A DNA stretch of 64,000 nucleotides from Sarea resinae (lineage: Eukaryota), in the NCBI GenBank assembly GCA_026026165.1, contig JAPEUD010000053.1, positions 62,001 through 126,000 of the forward strand, read 5' to 3'. Positions 48,861-62,327 of the stretch are shown here, in pieces. A model generated the notes under the pieces. That model had not been told where the DNA came from. It was given only the letters and a program-made list of their open reading frames with translations, and searched no databases. Numbering within the stretch: position 1 is the stretch's first letter; each line of letters starts with the position of its first letter. The position numbers and the translations under genes are program-made.

Positions 48861-50749
48861 CTACAGCTTCATACCCAGAACCTTATGCACCCTCAGCGCC
48901 TGCCGGATACTCAGATCCAACATGATCTCCTCGGACCCACCAGGGATAGCATAAGCCCTGACGTCGCGATACAGCCGCTCGACCTTGGCGCCCTGTCCTC
49001 CTCTGCTATAACTCAAGCCACCGAAGATCTGGCTGGCCTCGCGGGCGCAGAACTCAAACGTCGTGGTGGACTGCGCTTTGAGCCCTGCGATGGCGCCACC
49101 GAGCTTCAACATCGCTTCCGTCTCGTCCATCTTCTGGCATTGGTAGATCAGGTTCTCAAGCCAGTTGTACGAGGCTTCGATCTGACGGGCCATGTGGGCG
49201 AGCTTGAGACGGATGACGGGATGCTCGATGAGTTTCTTGCCGAAGGTCCGGCGTTTGTGGGCGTATTTCATAGATTCCTCATAGCAGACGCGCGCGAAGC
49301 GGATGCACTGGATGATGATGCCGATGCGCTCGTGGTTGAAGTTGGTCATGATGACTGTTGTAACGTTAGATGCACGAAATGCAAGGAGCTTTAAATCAGC
49401 ACTTACCTTTGAACCCTTGATTCTCCTTGCCGATCAGGTTTTCAACGGGGACTTTGACATCTTCAAACGTGACATATGTCGTTCCGCTGCTCCAAACACC
49501 TTGGCAGTCCATCCTCCGGGTGCTCACGCCTTCCTGCTCGCGCTCAATCAACAGCACGCTGATTCCACCCATTCCTTCACCGCCGGTACGAACCGCGGTG
49601 GTAAAGTAATCAGACCAGATACCATTGGTGATCCATTTCTTCTCACCATTGACGATGTAGTGCTTCCCATCTTCTGTTAGCTTGGCCTCGCAAGAAATGT
49701 TTGCAACGTCGCTTCCAGCATCGGGCTCGGTGATGGCCAGGCATATTCTCTTGTCGCCATTGAGAATACCCGGGACAATACGTTCGATGAGGGCCTTCTT
49801 CCCATGCTTGACCACAGGTGGGCATCCAATGCCGAATCCACCGATCATGTTCCAGACAAACCCACCGCTGCCAGCCCTTGAGAGCTCATCCGTGAGCAGC
49901 ATCTCGTGAAAGAGATCCCATTTCTCTGGAGCTACACTCTTGATAGTATTTTTGGTCAGATGCGTGGGATAGTGTACTCCCATCAGGCCAGCAAGATATC
50001 CGCGCTCGCCCATTTGCTTGTAGATGGCGTCTGGCACCTTCTTAGCTTCGTCCCATTCCGTGACGTTGGGCTGGACCTCATTGTCCATCCACTCGCGAAC
50101 TTCGGCGCGGAGAGCGGCATGAGACTCGGTGAAGTATGGTGAGTGATACTGAAAATTGCTTTAGACATGTGCTTTCGAGGGCCTTTTTGGATTGTGGAGA
50201 TACTGACACTTTGGTACCAGGAGGGATCTGCGTAGGGAATAAGGTCGCCATAGGGGTCGAGTGCCTCCACTTCTTCTTCGGCAGCCTCTGTGGGTTGAGG
50301 AGCAGCAGGACCAGCTGCGTCTGGCTTCACCAACTCCTTCTTTGTCTTCTCCTCTGGCGGAGGAGTCGCTGGTGGGGTTGGAGGGGCAGCCTCCTGCGGC
50401 TTGCTGTCCAAAGACCCGATCTGTAGCTGGGGCTTGTACTTCTTTAAGATGCTTTCATTGTGATATTTCCAGAATTGTTTTGATGCATCCTTTCCGGCAA
50501 CTCTTTGCAGAACTATAATATAGATTAGTGGATCATTCGAAGAGCTGATAGCTACTAGGTGTCGTACTCTTCTTGCCGCCTGTGAGCTGTCAGCGTTTGA
50601 TCCCCTTTGCTGGGATGCCCGCGGTCAAACTTACCCGGATGCTCGTCTTGGAACTTGCTCAAGTCATAAACATCGTCGTCCACTGTAATCCACAGGCTAT
50701 CCGGCTTGTTGTGCGATGCAACATCGCTCTTCGAGAAAGTCTTGACCAT
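48861..50749 (-). CDS. Acyl-CoA dehydrogenase with N-terminal cytochrome b5-like domain; 5 exons including a 12-nt microexon (50579-50568)
   Basis: DVYDLSKFQDEHPG|GKK|ILQRVAGKDASKQF; ICLAITEPDAGSDV, VNGEKKWITNG, NFNHER, QIFGGLSYSRGG, YAIPGGSEEIM. Confidence 0.92.
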
Positions 50750-51773
50750 TGTGTGTGGTAGGGTGATTTCGACGTCAGTGGGCTCGAGTCGTAACAGGAC
50801 AGAAGATGGAAGTGGCTCGGTGTTGAAGAAATTTAGAGCAAGGGGCAGGAGAACGAGGACGAATATCCCACAATGTGTGTTCGGCGCTGAGAGACCTTTA
50901 AGGGAAGCTGAATACTGGATGATGAACACGGCAATAATGGCCGCTTATGCCTAGGCTGGCTGACAAATACCGCGCACTACCTCACCGCTGCGCCAGTGGT
51001 CCGAGCAAGATATGTACCTTCAAGTACATCCTGGGATTAGATTCACATGCTAGTTCTACCCCACAAAATCTCCAACCCTTTCAAGATCAAGACTCTACTC
51101 GTACTCTGCACACCAGATGATCTGCCTTCACTGCCGCCGTATGCCGCCTCCACTTCCGCCTTCACCTCCTTTTGCTCTCCAAGGCGGAGAAGAGAGACGG
51201 AGATAGTGTAGACCCAGCCCCACCCCACGCGCGCTAACCCGCATCTCACGGAATATCAGTCCCTTCGTAGGCCTGGAAAAGGACATAGCAAAGCCTCAAA
51301 GATCAGTATCATAATTCGAATCATCATTCATTTACCTTCCTTTCTCTCTATTGAATTTCCTCCCTTCTTGGATCTACGTCTTACCTCCGCCATCTATTGG
51401 GAACGTCTTCTGGTATCATTGCCCAATGGCAGGCAGTACCATAAGAAGCTGAAGGAAGATCCCTCGGCTGCTGGTTTGCTGACGACATCATACATGTCAC
51501 ACTGGTCGCCGTGCCTCGGTCCTCGGCAATGTCCTATTCGGGATAGTTGGTGACTGCCACCACCCCACGACTACGAGAACGGATAGCTTTGTGCTCAACT
51601 CCCGCAAGGTAACCGAATCCAATCTTGAGCCGCGGTGTTGGGGGCACGATCGCATTACACATACAAACTCACTCTAAGAAAGCACTACGTCTCTTGTTTT
51701 CTTCTGATTTCAGTTCATCATCGTTGATCTTTTTTACAGGAAATGTACAACACGGCCCCTCTCCAACCTTCCC

Positions 51774-53211
51774 TCACGAATATATACTCAGTGTGTCAGT
51801 CGAGTTAGAGTAGGTAACACCACACTTCTGAGAGAATCCCGAGAACGTATCCTGTCTTCCTCCAAGCCACTGCTGGAACCCCTCCCGTGAACAACTCTCC
51901 GCAGGCCCATCGGTGCATCCAACAAGAGGCTGGGGGCTCGAGTTGACAAGCACGCGGTAGAACTCGCCATCAGTGTTGTCTTCGTACCCATAGCTATCGC
52001 ACACCATCTTCTCCACAGCGATATTGGTCAAGAACGGAAGGATGTCTGATGAGATCCACGATCGGTGATAGTTGATGGCATCTGTCGGCATGGTCGCATT
52101 GACATTGTTGGCGCCGGTGAAGGCCGAGTTGTTGAAGAGACCCATTGCCACGAGGACAGTGGGTGGAAGCTCCCGGTGGGTGAAGGAGACGTAGAGGTCC
52201 TGGTCCGTGGTATTGGCGAGGAGAAGATTGGCCGTGGCATTAGCCCACGGTAAGCCTATGACGCCGCTCAATTCGTTGCCGTATCCTATATTGTGATGGT
52301 ACATGATATCGTTCGTGTACTCGAATGCAAGCCACTCGTCCGGAGTGAACAAGTCGAGGTTGCAGAATGGAGAGGAGCCGCGGACCACTGTCTCGTATCC
52401 GCAAAGCTGTTGCATGCCGTAGACGTCATTCGCCGTGAAATTAAAGCCCGACGCTTGCGCATTGAATCGCGCAATTATGGGACGGGTATATCGCTTCTGG
52501 AATGCCTGTGGGCCAAAGACAGTCATATCAGCATCTCCTGTAAACAGCAATGTTCGTCAGAAATCAGTGTCTACACACCATCGACTGACTGCTCCCTCTC
52601 GACGAGCTATAGCCCGGACAACTTTGGTAGGGAGTCAGAGAGTTTGCTCCCTCCTTCTTTCCCTCGTTGATCTCGACCAGACTGGTCTCATTCTCCTGTT
52701 TCGCCAAACCCTCAATCAAGGACTGCGCGCTTCTTGTCGTCCTCTCCGCCGTTGAAGACCAAACCTTCTGAGGCGACCTGAAGGTCGGATAGCGTTGAGA
52801 GAGTTCAATGCCGAGTCGCTCCGATTCGATCTCTCCAACCTTGGTGAGCTGCTCCTGATCCGAATCCTCAATCGGCGTCTTCCAGCTCGAGAGAAACGAG
52901 AGATCGGGTGCTTGAGACCAATTCACGCTCGTGTTACCGAGTTTCTCCACAAAAGGTTGGATGTATTCCTCGTAATCGAAGTCATTGGCGTAGATAGCCG
53001 CATGGCGCACGAGATAGGCCGCGCGGGTGACGTTGCATCCTTGAGGCGGAGAAGGATCCTTTGCAGGATCAAGAGGGTCGAAGTAAGGCGCAATGCCCGC
53101 TAGATGCTCCAGGGGATCGAAAGAGTAGACATCGGTCACTTGAAAGACGTTTGGGACAATGGCTTGCGCAAGTTGGGGCAACGCCGCAGAAAGAGCAAAC
53201 GCGAGCAACAT
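51774..53211 (-). CDS. Secreted histidine acid phosphatase / phytase-like protein; 2 exons
   Basis: Signal peptide; FDPLEHLAGIAPYF, PPQGCNVTRAAYLVRHAAIYAND, GANSLTPYQSC, QQLCGYETVVRGSSPFC, LYVSFTHRELPP. Confidence 0.88.
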
Positions 53212-54034
53212 GATGACGGAAAGAAGGAGACTGGAGGTTGCAACGATATAAGCACGAGCCGCTTCATCTTCTCGAGAAGTGCCAGGACGTAGGGAGCCTT
53301 ATATGAGGATGACCAGGCATCTGGCGACTTTCCTGCTGGACGTCGATCTGCATGCATATTTGCATAAAGTAACCCATTTCGAGCAATTGCTCTCGTGCCC
53401 TGCAAGGTCCAACAAAGCGAAGCTGAAAGCATCCATGATCCATGATGGGCAATGATTACAGAAATCAAGGAAACAATAGGCGTGAATATGCGTGGTCCGT
53501 CAAGGTACGTCAATTAGCGTCCATCCATCGCGCGCGTTCCTGACAACAATGACGCACGGATACGACCACGTCCCCGGTCAAGCATGCCTGCTAGTAAATC
53601 GAACCATCAAAACAGCGTTAGAGGGAGCAAGTGCTGCGACGATTTCAAGGCAAATAGGTAACAATTGCATAGGCCAAGAAATCCGATGGCCCAACCATGA
53701 TCGTACCCACATTTGCATACATGCCCGGTACTTACAACGCTGGACGGCTACAAATGATGATGCCTCTACCAGACCAGAGTACTGCGGTACAGAGATCATC
53801 GAAGCAACCAGGTCCAGTTATTCAGCTTGGTTGAATTATTTTTGTAAGCATGCGCCGAATGCTTGAACCTACCCTCCCTCGAAAGTCCGTCTACGTATAT
53901 ACAGCATACTGAAGAGGAGAAAGTGAAAGCACGAAAGCAGATGGCAGATCCTAGCATGACCGCCTCTTGCCATTAAACGTAATCAAAGACCAACACCCAG
54001 CATCCAGAACCCTTCCGCCGTCACAACCACAACC

Positions 54035-57000
54035 TCAAGGACTCGGTGTGCCTTCCTCGTACCTAGGTTCGTCATCGCCGCCATTGGCGCCCCAGGCGGC
54101 CGGCGTCTCAGGATTGTAGCCGGCGGGAGTTGGTGCTCCGTAAGCGCCTGGCCCTCCATGCGACGCGCCTGGAGTCGGTGCAGTCAATGCCGCAGGGGTG
54201 GGGGCAGAGTCGCCTCGCCAGGCTTGACCACTGCCCCATGATGGCCCACCATGCGGCGTCGGTGCAGACGCCGCTGGGGTTGGCGCGTTAAAGGCCATCG
54301 GTGTCGGAGCGCTGAAAGCTCCAGGCGTAGGTGCTGTAATATTAGCCCCAGGCGTGGGGGCATCGTAGGGTCGAGAGCCTTGAGCATTTCCGTTCGTGCT
54401 CGTGTTCCTTCGACCGTCATCGCGGCTATACGCAGGAGTTCTTCCACCGAAATCACTGCTCGGATTCCAAACATCGTCGCCGCTTGGAGGTGCTGGTGTC
54501 CTTGAGCCAGAAGCAAACGAATCGCCAAACCCGGAATCTCCTGCATAAGGTGTCCGAGAACTGGGATTCCACGCAGGCGTTTTCTATATGTAAATAAGTA
54601 AAGGCTGGTACCACAAGGACTGAAGTCCAACACTTACATTCCCACTACCATAGGAGGTTCTGCTGCCGTCCGCGTAAGGATTGACGGTACGACTCCCATC
54701 GCCAAAGCCGCCGTAGCCTGGGGTTCGACCACCTGAAGCGGCGTCCTGCTTCCATGCGGGGGTCCTCACACCAACGCCTCCGGACCAAGCAGGTGCTATC
54801 TCTTGGTTAGCTACATTCCTGTCAAGCTAATGATATGCTCACTTCTTGCAGCCATGCCCCATGCGGGCGTTCGTTGGCCTGAGGCAGCTGCTGATATCGG
54901 TGTGCGCCCACCCTGCCATGCATCGGAATTCCTCGAAGGCGTTCTGTCGCCAAAACCGCCTCTACCGCCTCCACCCCGACCACGACCACCGGCGAAGCTC
55001 TTATAGTCGACGGACTGCCCAGTAAGAGGGCTGAAGAAAGTCAGCAATTGTTGGAATCAGGAAGAGGAATTCAACATACTCTTTGACCCCAAGTGTATCC
55101 TTTGGCACTGTTATGGTCTTGCTCTTCGTGTGTAACTCCACTCGGGCTTCATTGTCTGTAGTATCCTTGACGATACCCAACAAACCCTTGTAAGGCCCTC
55201 GGCGAACGGTGACTGTCTTGTCTATAAGACGATCTCTGCCGTAGGACTTTGGTGGTGGCATTGCTCCGTTCATACCTGCACCACCGTTCCTCTGGAGTGC
55301 AGGATTCATCTTGTTTAGATCAGGGCCCGTGTGCCCACCCGTTAATCTGCCTCCCTTGGCTGCGACTGTTGCTACATTACTGGCTCGGAGTACAAAAATG
55401 CCAGTATTTTCGAGTTGCTCGCGGCTGTGCAAGAAGAGATACGAGCGGTAGATGTGGATGATTCGACCTTGCTTTTGCTCTCCGCTGATTTCCTTCACGG
55501 TGTCATCGGTACGAAGCTCAGAACCATTCCGATCTGTAGCCACAGCATTGCGGCGCTGTTCAATTTTATTGGAAATTTGAGAAGGCATCAGCGTACGAAC
55601 AGAACCATTTTGATCAAGAACTCGGAAAGATTCCTTGTCTAGGTTGATGATGCACGCCACGGTAGAAGGACTAGATCTTGTCAGCAAAAAGCTATAAAAT
55701 GGAGTTATCAAGAGAGCTCACTCAAGTTGGACCAGATCGTGTAACTCGTAGTTTCCAACTTGTCCAGTCACACCAGAATCGGCTGCTTCTCTGAGGTGTT
55801 TGCTGAAGACTGTGATTTCGCTCATGTTGGCATCACTGAGCAGCGTAACTCGGTCGTCACGGATCCGGACGACCATTCCCACTTCATCCTGAAACCTGGT
55901 TCCACCGACGACTTTGACATGATCGCCTTCTCGGAAGCATTTCCGTAGACCTTTGGTTGGGACTTCGATAGTCTGGCCAGCAAGCTCACCGGCAGCCACT
56001 TTGATGGTGACGATGTCACCGTGCACTGCCACGGCTTTCCCTGAAACGCCGCGTTGCTCGCCATCGTAGACCTCCACCATATCCCCCGGGAGATAGTTGC
56101 CAGTAGCCGTACTAGCTTTCAAGCTTGCAGCCAACGCCGCGAGGTCAAGGTTTTCTGTGCCGTCCTCTGCCCCAGCAGTAAATCTCGTGACTTCTCCCAG
56201 CGTGGGATTCACATCTTCTGTCTGAAGATATTGGATCTTCATATCTTTAATGAGGAAGCCGTTCACATAACGTTCTCCAAGATAATTCCAAGTCTTTTTG
56301 TCGTAAGTGGAAGCTGCCTGAAGATATTTATGATGCTTCTTTTTGGCTTCGGCTTCACTAAAAAGTCTCTGGGGAGGGCGGCCGGCAGTACTTCCTCCCA
56401 TGCCTCCTTGCCGCTTTCTCTTGGGAGGTCCTCCATTGACTCCATTATCAACCATCGGGGCATTGGCATCCTCATTGAGACCATAATCAAGACGAGGTAC
56501 GATTCTGAGCTGTACTTCGAGGCCGTTCGTCTCGACCTCGTTCACCTGCGCCAGATCGTCCATGTATTTGCCTCTCTTGATCCGAACGTACATCCCAGGC
56601 TCCAGAGACTTGCTCTTGGTGGTGCGAAGTAGATCTGGCATTTCCTTGATAGGAACCAGGACCATCTTGGTCCTAGGGTAGACATTGCTCAGACCATCTA
56701 ATGCAGAGAGAATATCCGGTTGTTTTCGGGCCTCAACATATATGTATCCCGCCATGGTCCCACCACGCTCGAATGCGGAGGTGATAGCCAATGGTGTCCG
56801 GGTTGTCGCCCTCTCTTCGATGCGCTTCATCAACGCAAAGACTACTTCTCTCTCTTTGCCAGGCTTACATCTCACGCCCCAGATGCTCGGGTCGTTGACG
56901 CTGGGGAGTAGCAGTCGTTTGGGAACGACGACAGAGTCGCTAGGTGCGGCACGGTTTCGTCCATATCGCTCCTTGAGAGCCGCCGCCTGCTTCTCCGCAT

Positions 57001-57677
57001 CCAGCCCAGCCTCGAGCTCCCGTCGCCGGTCGAGCTCAATATGCATCCGATCATCTGTCTCGCCACCAGCAGGAAGATCCGCCAAGTCATCAGGGTGCGT
57101 GTCAGCGATGAATCCGTCGGGCTGTAGTTCGTCATCCTCCTCGTCGGCTTCATCTTCGTCCTCGTCTACTTCTGCTTCCACATCAAGGAACTGATTCCCC
57201 CGACCTCGACGGGCGCGTTTCCTACGATGTCCCTACTTTCCATTAGCAAAGCCGGTCTCGAGCCAATTGCTCCCCTTCAAAGCTAACCGTTATCTCTTCT
57301 TCTTCGTCCTCTTCTTCTTCATCATCATCCTCGTCACCGTCAACCTCATCCTCATCTTCTTGGCCTCCTTCATCCTCTTCGTTGGGACCTCTTCGATCAG
57401 TCTCCCCTGCCGCAGCCTCTTCCTCGTCGCCACTTGCATCTTCATCTCCACTTCGATGGCCTGTGGCTCGTGTTTCGGTGTCCCGATCCTCGTCATCGAC
57501 ATCTACATCGGCTTGTTTGCGTCGCGGCTCTTCATCACGTCTCGCTGTCGGCCTGGATGCTTCGGTATCACTGGCATCTGCATTCTCATCGTCCGAATCG
57601 CCAGCGGGGGCCGGATTGAAGTTGTCATCTTCGGACTCGGATCCAAAGTCCTGATCAAGGAAGTTTGAGGTTGCCAT
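54035..57677 (-). CDS. SPT5: Transcription elongation factor Spt5, multi-exon
   Basis: Acidic N-terminus, [13 protein letters not shown] domain [32 protein letters not shown] repeats ([27 protein letters not shown]), C-terminal G-RTPAW and APTP repeats. Confidence 0.96.
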
Positions 57678-58712
57678 CGCGGCAGAATATTGAGGTTTGG
57701 TGTTCGCTGTTCAGCGCGAGAGCGTGAAGATGTAATGAGAATGATGGTTAAGAGAATGAAGCGATGAGGATAGAAAGATCAAGGAGAATGATGGTGCAGC
57801 AACAGCTTTGGCAGTGACGTCTAAACAGGCGTAGTGGGCCATTCACTTCATTCATTCATTCATGCGTCCACCCTGATCCCTCAATAGTAGCATCAAGGTA
57901 AGTAGCTGATGCCTCCAACGCCTCAACTTTGCCGATGCTTAGTCATCCACAACATTCACTCCAGCTCTCGGACTTGGCGAGCAACGATGAAACAACGGCC
58001 AAGGAGCAACAATGGGGAGATGCTGTGATTGTCAGTAGACGATGGATGCTGGTGGCCTCTGAAATCGATAATCCGAATCCGATTCCAAGTCACCGCGCCT
58101 ATATTCATCTGTCCTTACATGACACCTCACGATGCTCCAGCATTACCTTTGTAGGTATCCTACATAGTAAGTGCTTCTCGACCAACACGACAGTGGAGAA
58201 TGAATACTGTCAATGTGCATGGCACGCAATTTCCTGACTTGTGCCTTTTAGGCAGCAAGAGACTTGCTGTTAGTTGTCTATGCCTTGGCGCTTTCCCTTG
58301 CTTTCGTGGGGTACTTTTTGTTGGATTCCATTGCTTGTTAGAGACGGCGTCGAATAGACCAGGCACTGCCACCACTGGCAAAAGCCCCCTGCTATCATTG
58401 TTACCGTCATCAATATTACTACTATGCTCCCGTATCATGTCTTCCCCGCTCAAAGGATTCCATTCCCTTCCGTGTCAGCGATGACGGCGTGCTCATTTGG
58501 CGGCTGTGTGACCTAGTAGCAGCGGCTGTGTCGATCCTTTGACAACAGTCCGCGGCACAGCGCGGCACAGCGGCAGAGCGGCGAAGACTCCTGCCTACTC
58601 AGAGCAATCTTCCGCAGCTCGCAACTGAAATGGAACGCTCTTGGCAGTCGATATAAGAGAACAGTGTCTGCAATGTTCTTGTAGAGCATCATTGATCAGA
58701 CATGTTGATACG

Positions 58713-59918
58713 ATGTACACGATGTCAGAAACAGAGCCTCCCCCACCATACTCCCAAACCGACCATCTCGCGGTCTCCAGAAGAGCCGCAGAGGCCTCCG
58801 CAGGCCCTTCAAGTAGAAGGCGCTGGTCTCGAGGGTCCTCAAGCTCATCTGGGGCAGACCGTCGCTCGACTCAAGTGCCATCCCAACAAGTTGAAGTCGA
58901 CACTTCGGCCTCCTGGTTCCTCGACAGCCCTCGCCCACAATATCTCAACAGCCCCACCATCCCGCCATGTTCAGCAACTCTCTTTGCCTCTCCGCCGCTT
59001 GAAAGAGGCCCGAAGATTACCCTCTCACCCTTCGAGGTCTGGAGTATAACCCAAACGTACCTATACGGGACGCCGCCACCCTACCTCCGCGAGCAATGGA
59101 ACGCCCTGCCACCCCTAACGCCGCCATCAAAGAGCACCACCCCCAGCCTCCCTGGCGATGCCACATCGGCACCATGTGCCGCCGCCGCTGCCATCAGCAA
59201 CAAGCGCTCCATGGCGCGGAACCTGCTGCCGAAACAATCGGAGGCAGAGGCCAATCACCTTCTCAGCCGTCTCGTCAGCAGGGGTCTGCGATGCCAACGC
59301 CGTATCGACAGTGTCGCTCCTATGACTACTCATCCCAGGAGCCACGCAGATGTCCCATCCTCATCCTGCCATTGCCGGGTCAATTACATAATACCACCTT
59401 TCACGCCACACCCTTCAGCAGCCGCATGGCGGGTCTTCCCTCCCAGCTCCACCTCCAGCTCCACCTCCACCTCTTCCTTTCCCTCTTCCCCTACGTCTGC
59501 CTTTGCCTCACTTCCCAGCACTTCCATCTTCGGCACGCTCGTCCAGCCCCTCCTCGCACCCGCGCTCTTCTCCTCCACAACCCTCTTCCAAGGCTCCAAA
59601 GGCGACAAGGTCAAGATCCTAGCTCTCGTAAGCGGTACCATGCCAACATCCGCCGCAGAAACCGACCTGGAGACAGAAACAGAGACGGAGACGGAAAGAT
59701 TACTCATCGAGTCCGCCACCGTCGAGATGGCGTTCATGCCCGACTCGGCCGCGCTCATCGTCGTCTACCCGAACGTGTCGCCCGGGAACAATGCGGGGCC
59801 TCCGGTCGAGAAGGTCGTTTGTGGTTGTTGTGGTGGTGGTGGTGGTGGTGGTGAAAGCAGAGTGCCTTGTGGGTGGGGCCGTGAGTGTGCGTGTTGTAGT
59901 TCGTGGATGTGTGTTTGA
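58713..59918 (+). CDS. Hypothetical Ser/Pro-rich protein with N-terminal PPPPY motif and Cys-rich C-terminus
   Basis: ~400-codon ORF with ATGs at 58713 and 58722; no recognisable family. Confidence 0.5.
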   Translation: MYTMSETEPPPPYSQTDHLAVSRRAAEASAGPSSRRRWSRGSSSSSGADRRSTQVPSQQVEVDTSASWFLDSPRPQYLNSPTIPPCSATLFASPPLERGPKITLSPFEVWSITQTYLYGTPPPYLREQWNALPPLTPPSKSTTPSLPGDATSAPCAAAAAISNKRSMARNLLPKQSEAEANHLLSRLVSRGLRCQRRIDSVAPMTTHPRSHADVPSSSCHCRVNYIIPPFTPHPSAAAWRVFPPSSTSSSTSTSSFPSSPTSAFASLPSTSIFGTLVQPLLAPALFSSTTLFQGSKGDKVKILALVSGTMPTSAAETDLETETETETERLLIESATVEMAFMPDSAALIVVYPNVSPGNNAGPPVEKVVCGCCGGGGGGGESRVPCGWGRECACCSSWMCV

Positions 59919-60371
59919 GCGAGTGGGCCGGAAGAAGAGTGCGTATCTGAAAGACGGCGAGGGTGGGTGGAGGAAAGGTCGCCAGAGGAAGTAGAGGTTC
60001 GAGGGAACGGGTCTTGGATGTGTGCGAGTCACGGGATATAAGTGGCGGAGTCGAGTCCGCTGGCTGGTTAGTAGGGGGTAGTAGAGGGAGTGGAGAGAGT
60101 GGAGAGAGAAGGGAGGAAAGGAAGGTGAGGATATTTTCACATATATATACATTTTCTGTACATATCTAATCTCTGGCCAGCAAGTTCTATCAAAAACTGT
60201 CGGCATGGCAGCTGTCTGGTCCTCGGGAACAGTCGTTCTGAATCAGCCATGCGTACGTGACGTAGAACTACACCTGACAGCTACCAAAACTTTTCCGTCG
60301 TACTTCCTCATCCTTCGTCCCTTCACCTACAGCATCCCCATCTTCCCACCTCCTGCCTGAGTCGCACAACT

Positions 60372-62327
60372 TCACTTCTCTGAGCCCCTGTCCTTCGCAG
60401 AACCTGCATCAGCACCAACGCCCTCACCCCTGAAAAAGCCAGCCACCAAGAACGCAAGTTCCAGCGCCTGTTTCTCGTTGAGTCTGGGATCGCAGTAGCT
60501 GGTATAGTTGCTCTGCAGATCGCTGTCCGTGAGCCCCTCGCTGCCGCCGATACACTCGGTCACAGCATCGCCGGTCAGCTCAAGGTGTACGCCGCCGAGG
60601 AACGAGCCGTGTGCTGCGTGGATCGCCAGCGACTGGGAGACCTCTGAGAGGATCGAGGTGAAGTGCCGTGTTTTGATTCCTGAGGGTGTGGTAATGGTGT
60701 TGCTGTTGTGCGAGCGAGGGTATTAGCGAGAAAGGTTAAGGGGTTGGTCGAGGTGAAGATGGATGGGGAGAGTAAGGAATAGGGAAAATGGGTGAGGAGG
60801 GATAGAAATAGAGGAGGGACAAACCCATGCATGGGATCACACTGCCAAACGACAACGTGGCCGCTCTTCCTGACAGCATCGATATGCGCGCCCAATAATC
60901 CCTCGATCTTCTTCTCACCGTATCGCGTGATCAGCGTCACTTTTCCGATCTCCTTCCGTGGGTCGACGATGTCCAGCAGCCGCACCAGTTCATCCGTGGC
61001 CATGCTCGGCCCGACTTTGATACCGATGGGGTTTTCGAGACCGCGGAAATACTCCACGTGTGCGCCATCTAGCTGGCGCGTGCGGTCGCCGATCCAGAGG
61101 AAGTGCGCTGAGGTGTTGTACCAGGCTTTTCCATCGTCGTGGGTGGGCTTCGTGGTATTGACGAGGCCTGCTGGTGCAGAGTCATCGGAAGAACGCACGA
61201 AGGAAGGGCGACGTAGGCGACGTGTGAGAGTCTGCTCATACTCGAGAAGCAGACCTTCATGACTAGTATACAAGTCGACGGTCTCGAGGTTCCCCGCGGT
61301 GTCAGCGCCAATGGTGCGCATGAAGCGCAAGGAGTCGGTGATGGAGGAGATAATTCGCTGGTACTGGGCTTTGATCTCTGCGGACTGAACGTGGCCGAGG
61401 CCCCAGTCAAGTGGGGAGTGCAGGTCTGCGATTCCAGACGACAGTTGTGCACGGAGATAATTGAGAGTGGTGGCAGAGTGGAAGTAGGCGCTTACGAGAC
61501 GGGAGGGGTCGGGCGTGCGTTCGGTTGGCTCATAGCCGTTAATGTTGTCGCCCCTGAAGGAGGGAATTTCTTGGCCGTTGACCATTTCGGTAGGGCTGGA
61601 ACGAGGTCTAATCGCAAGTAAACATGGGAATGTCTTTCAAAGGATTTTGCTGCTTACTTGGCAAATTGGCCAGCCATGCGGGCTATTCGGACGACGGGCT
61701 TGTTGGCTCCTAAGTGTTGTAGACAGTTTAGCCAAATCGATTCGCGATGAATGTCAGGGGGTGCCTGGCTAACCCCAGATTAATACCAGACTCATTTGGA
61801 GGAGCAGCTTAATCTTCGAGTCTATAGCACTCTCTTCGCAGTAATCGAAGAGCTCCGCGCAGTCACCTTTGACATTGTCAGATAGACATCCTACGCTCGG
61901 CATATAATAAGCTCACCCCCTTGCAGAAGGAACGTTTTTCCTTGAGCTACATCCTTTAAGCTTCTCTTCAGCTTGGAGATCTACGGTCACTGTTAGACGA
62001 TACCAACGCCATGGAGAGTCCAACGTACCTCTGTCGGCGTAACAAGAGGAGGCAGCCGTTCCAGCTTCGCGAGAGCTTTCTCTACTGCTCCACGGTCTTC
62101 GTATGTCACATCTTGCTTAATAGGTTTCGTGGTCCAAGCTGTGTGTCGTGTTGATTAGTGAAACTGTGTCCATATCTAGGACCGAAGGTCAAGGAAAGGA
62201 GTTGCTCACATGATGGAGACCAATCCTCTGATGTGCTTTGGTGAATGATACCATTGGACGTCCGTAGGGCGGCCGCAATCTCCCCGCTTTTGCTAAGTTG
62301 TGGCGGCGAGCTTGCCAATCCAGCCAT
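60372..62327 (-). CDS. Class II DAHP synthase (phospho-2-dehydro-3-deoxyheptonate aldolase); ~7 exons
   Basis: WSPSSWTTKPIKQDVTY..LPPLV, FLLQGGDCAELF, VRIARMAGQFAKPRS, SFRGDNING, YTSHEGLLLEYEQ, SAHFLWIGDRTRQLDGAHVEY, CDPMHGNT, GVHLELTG, YCDPRLN. Confidence 0.94.
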
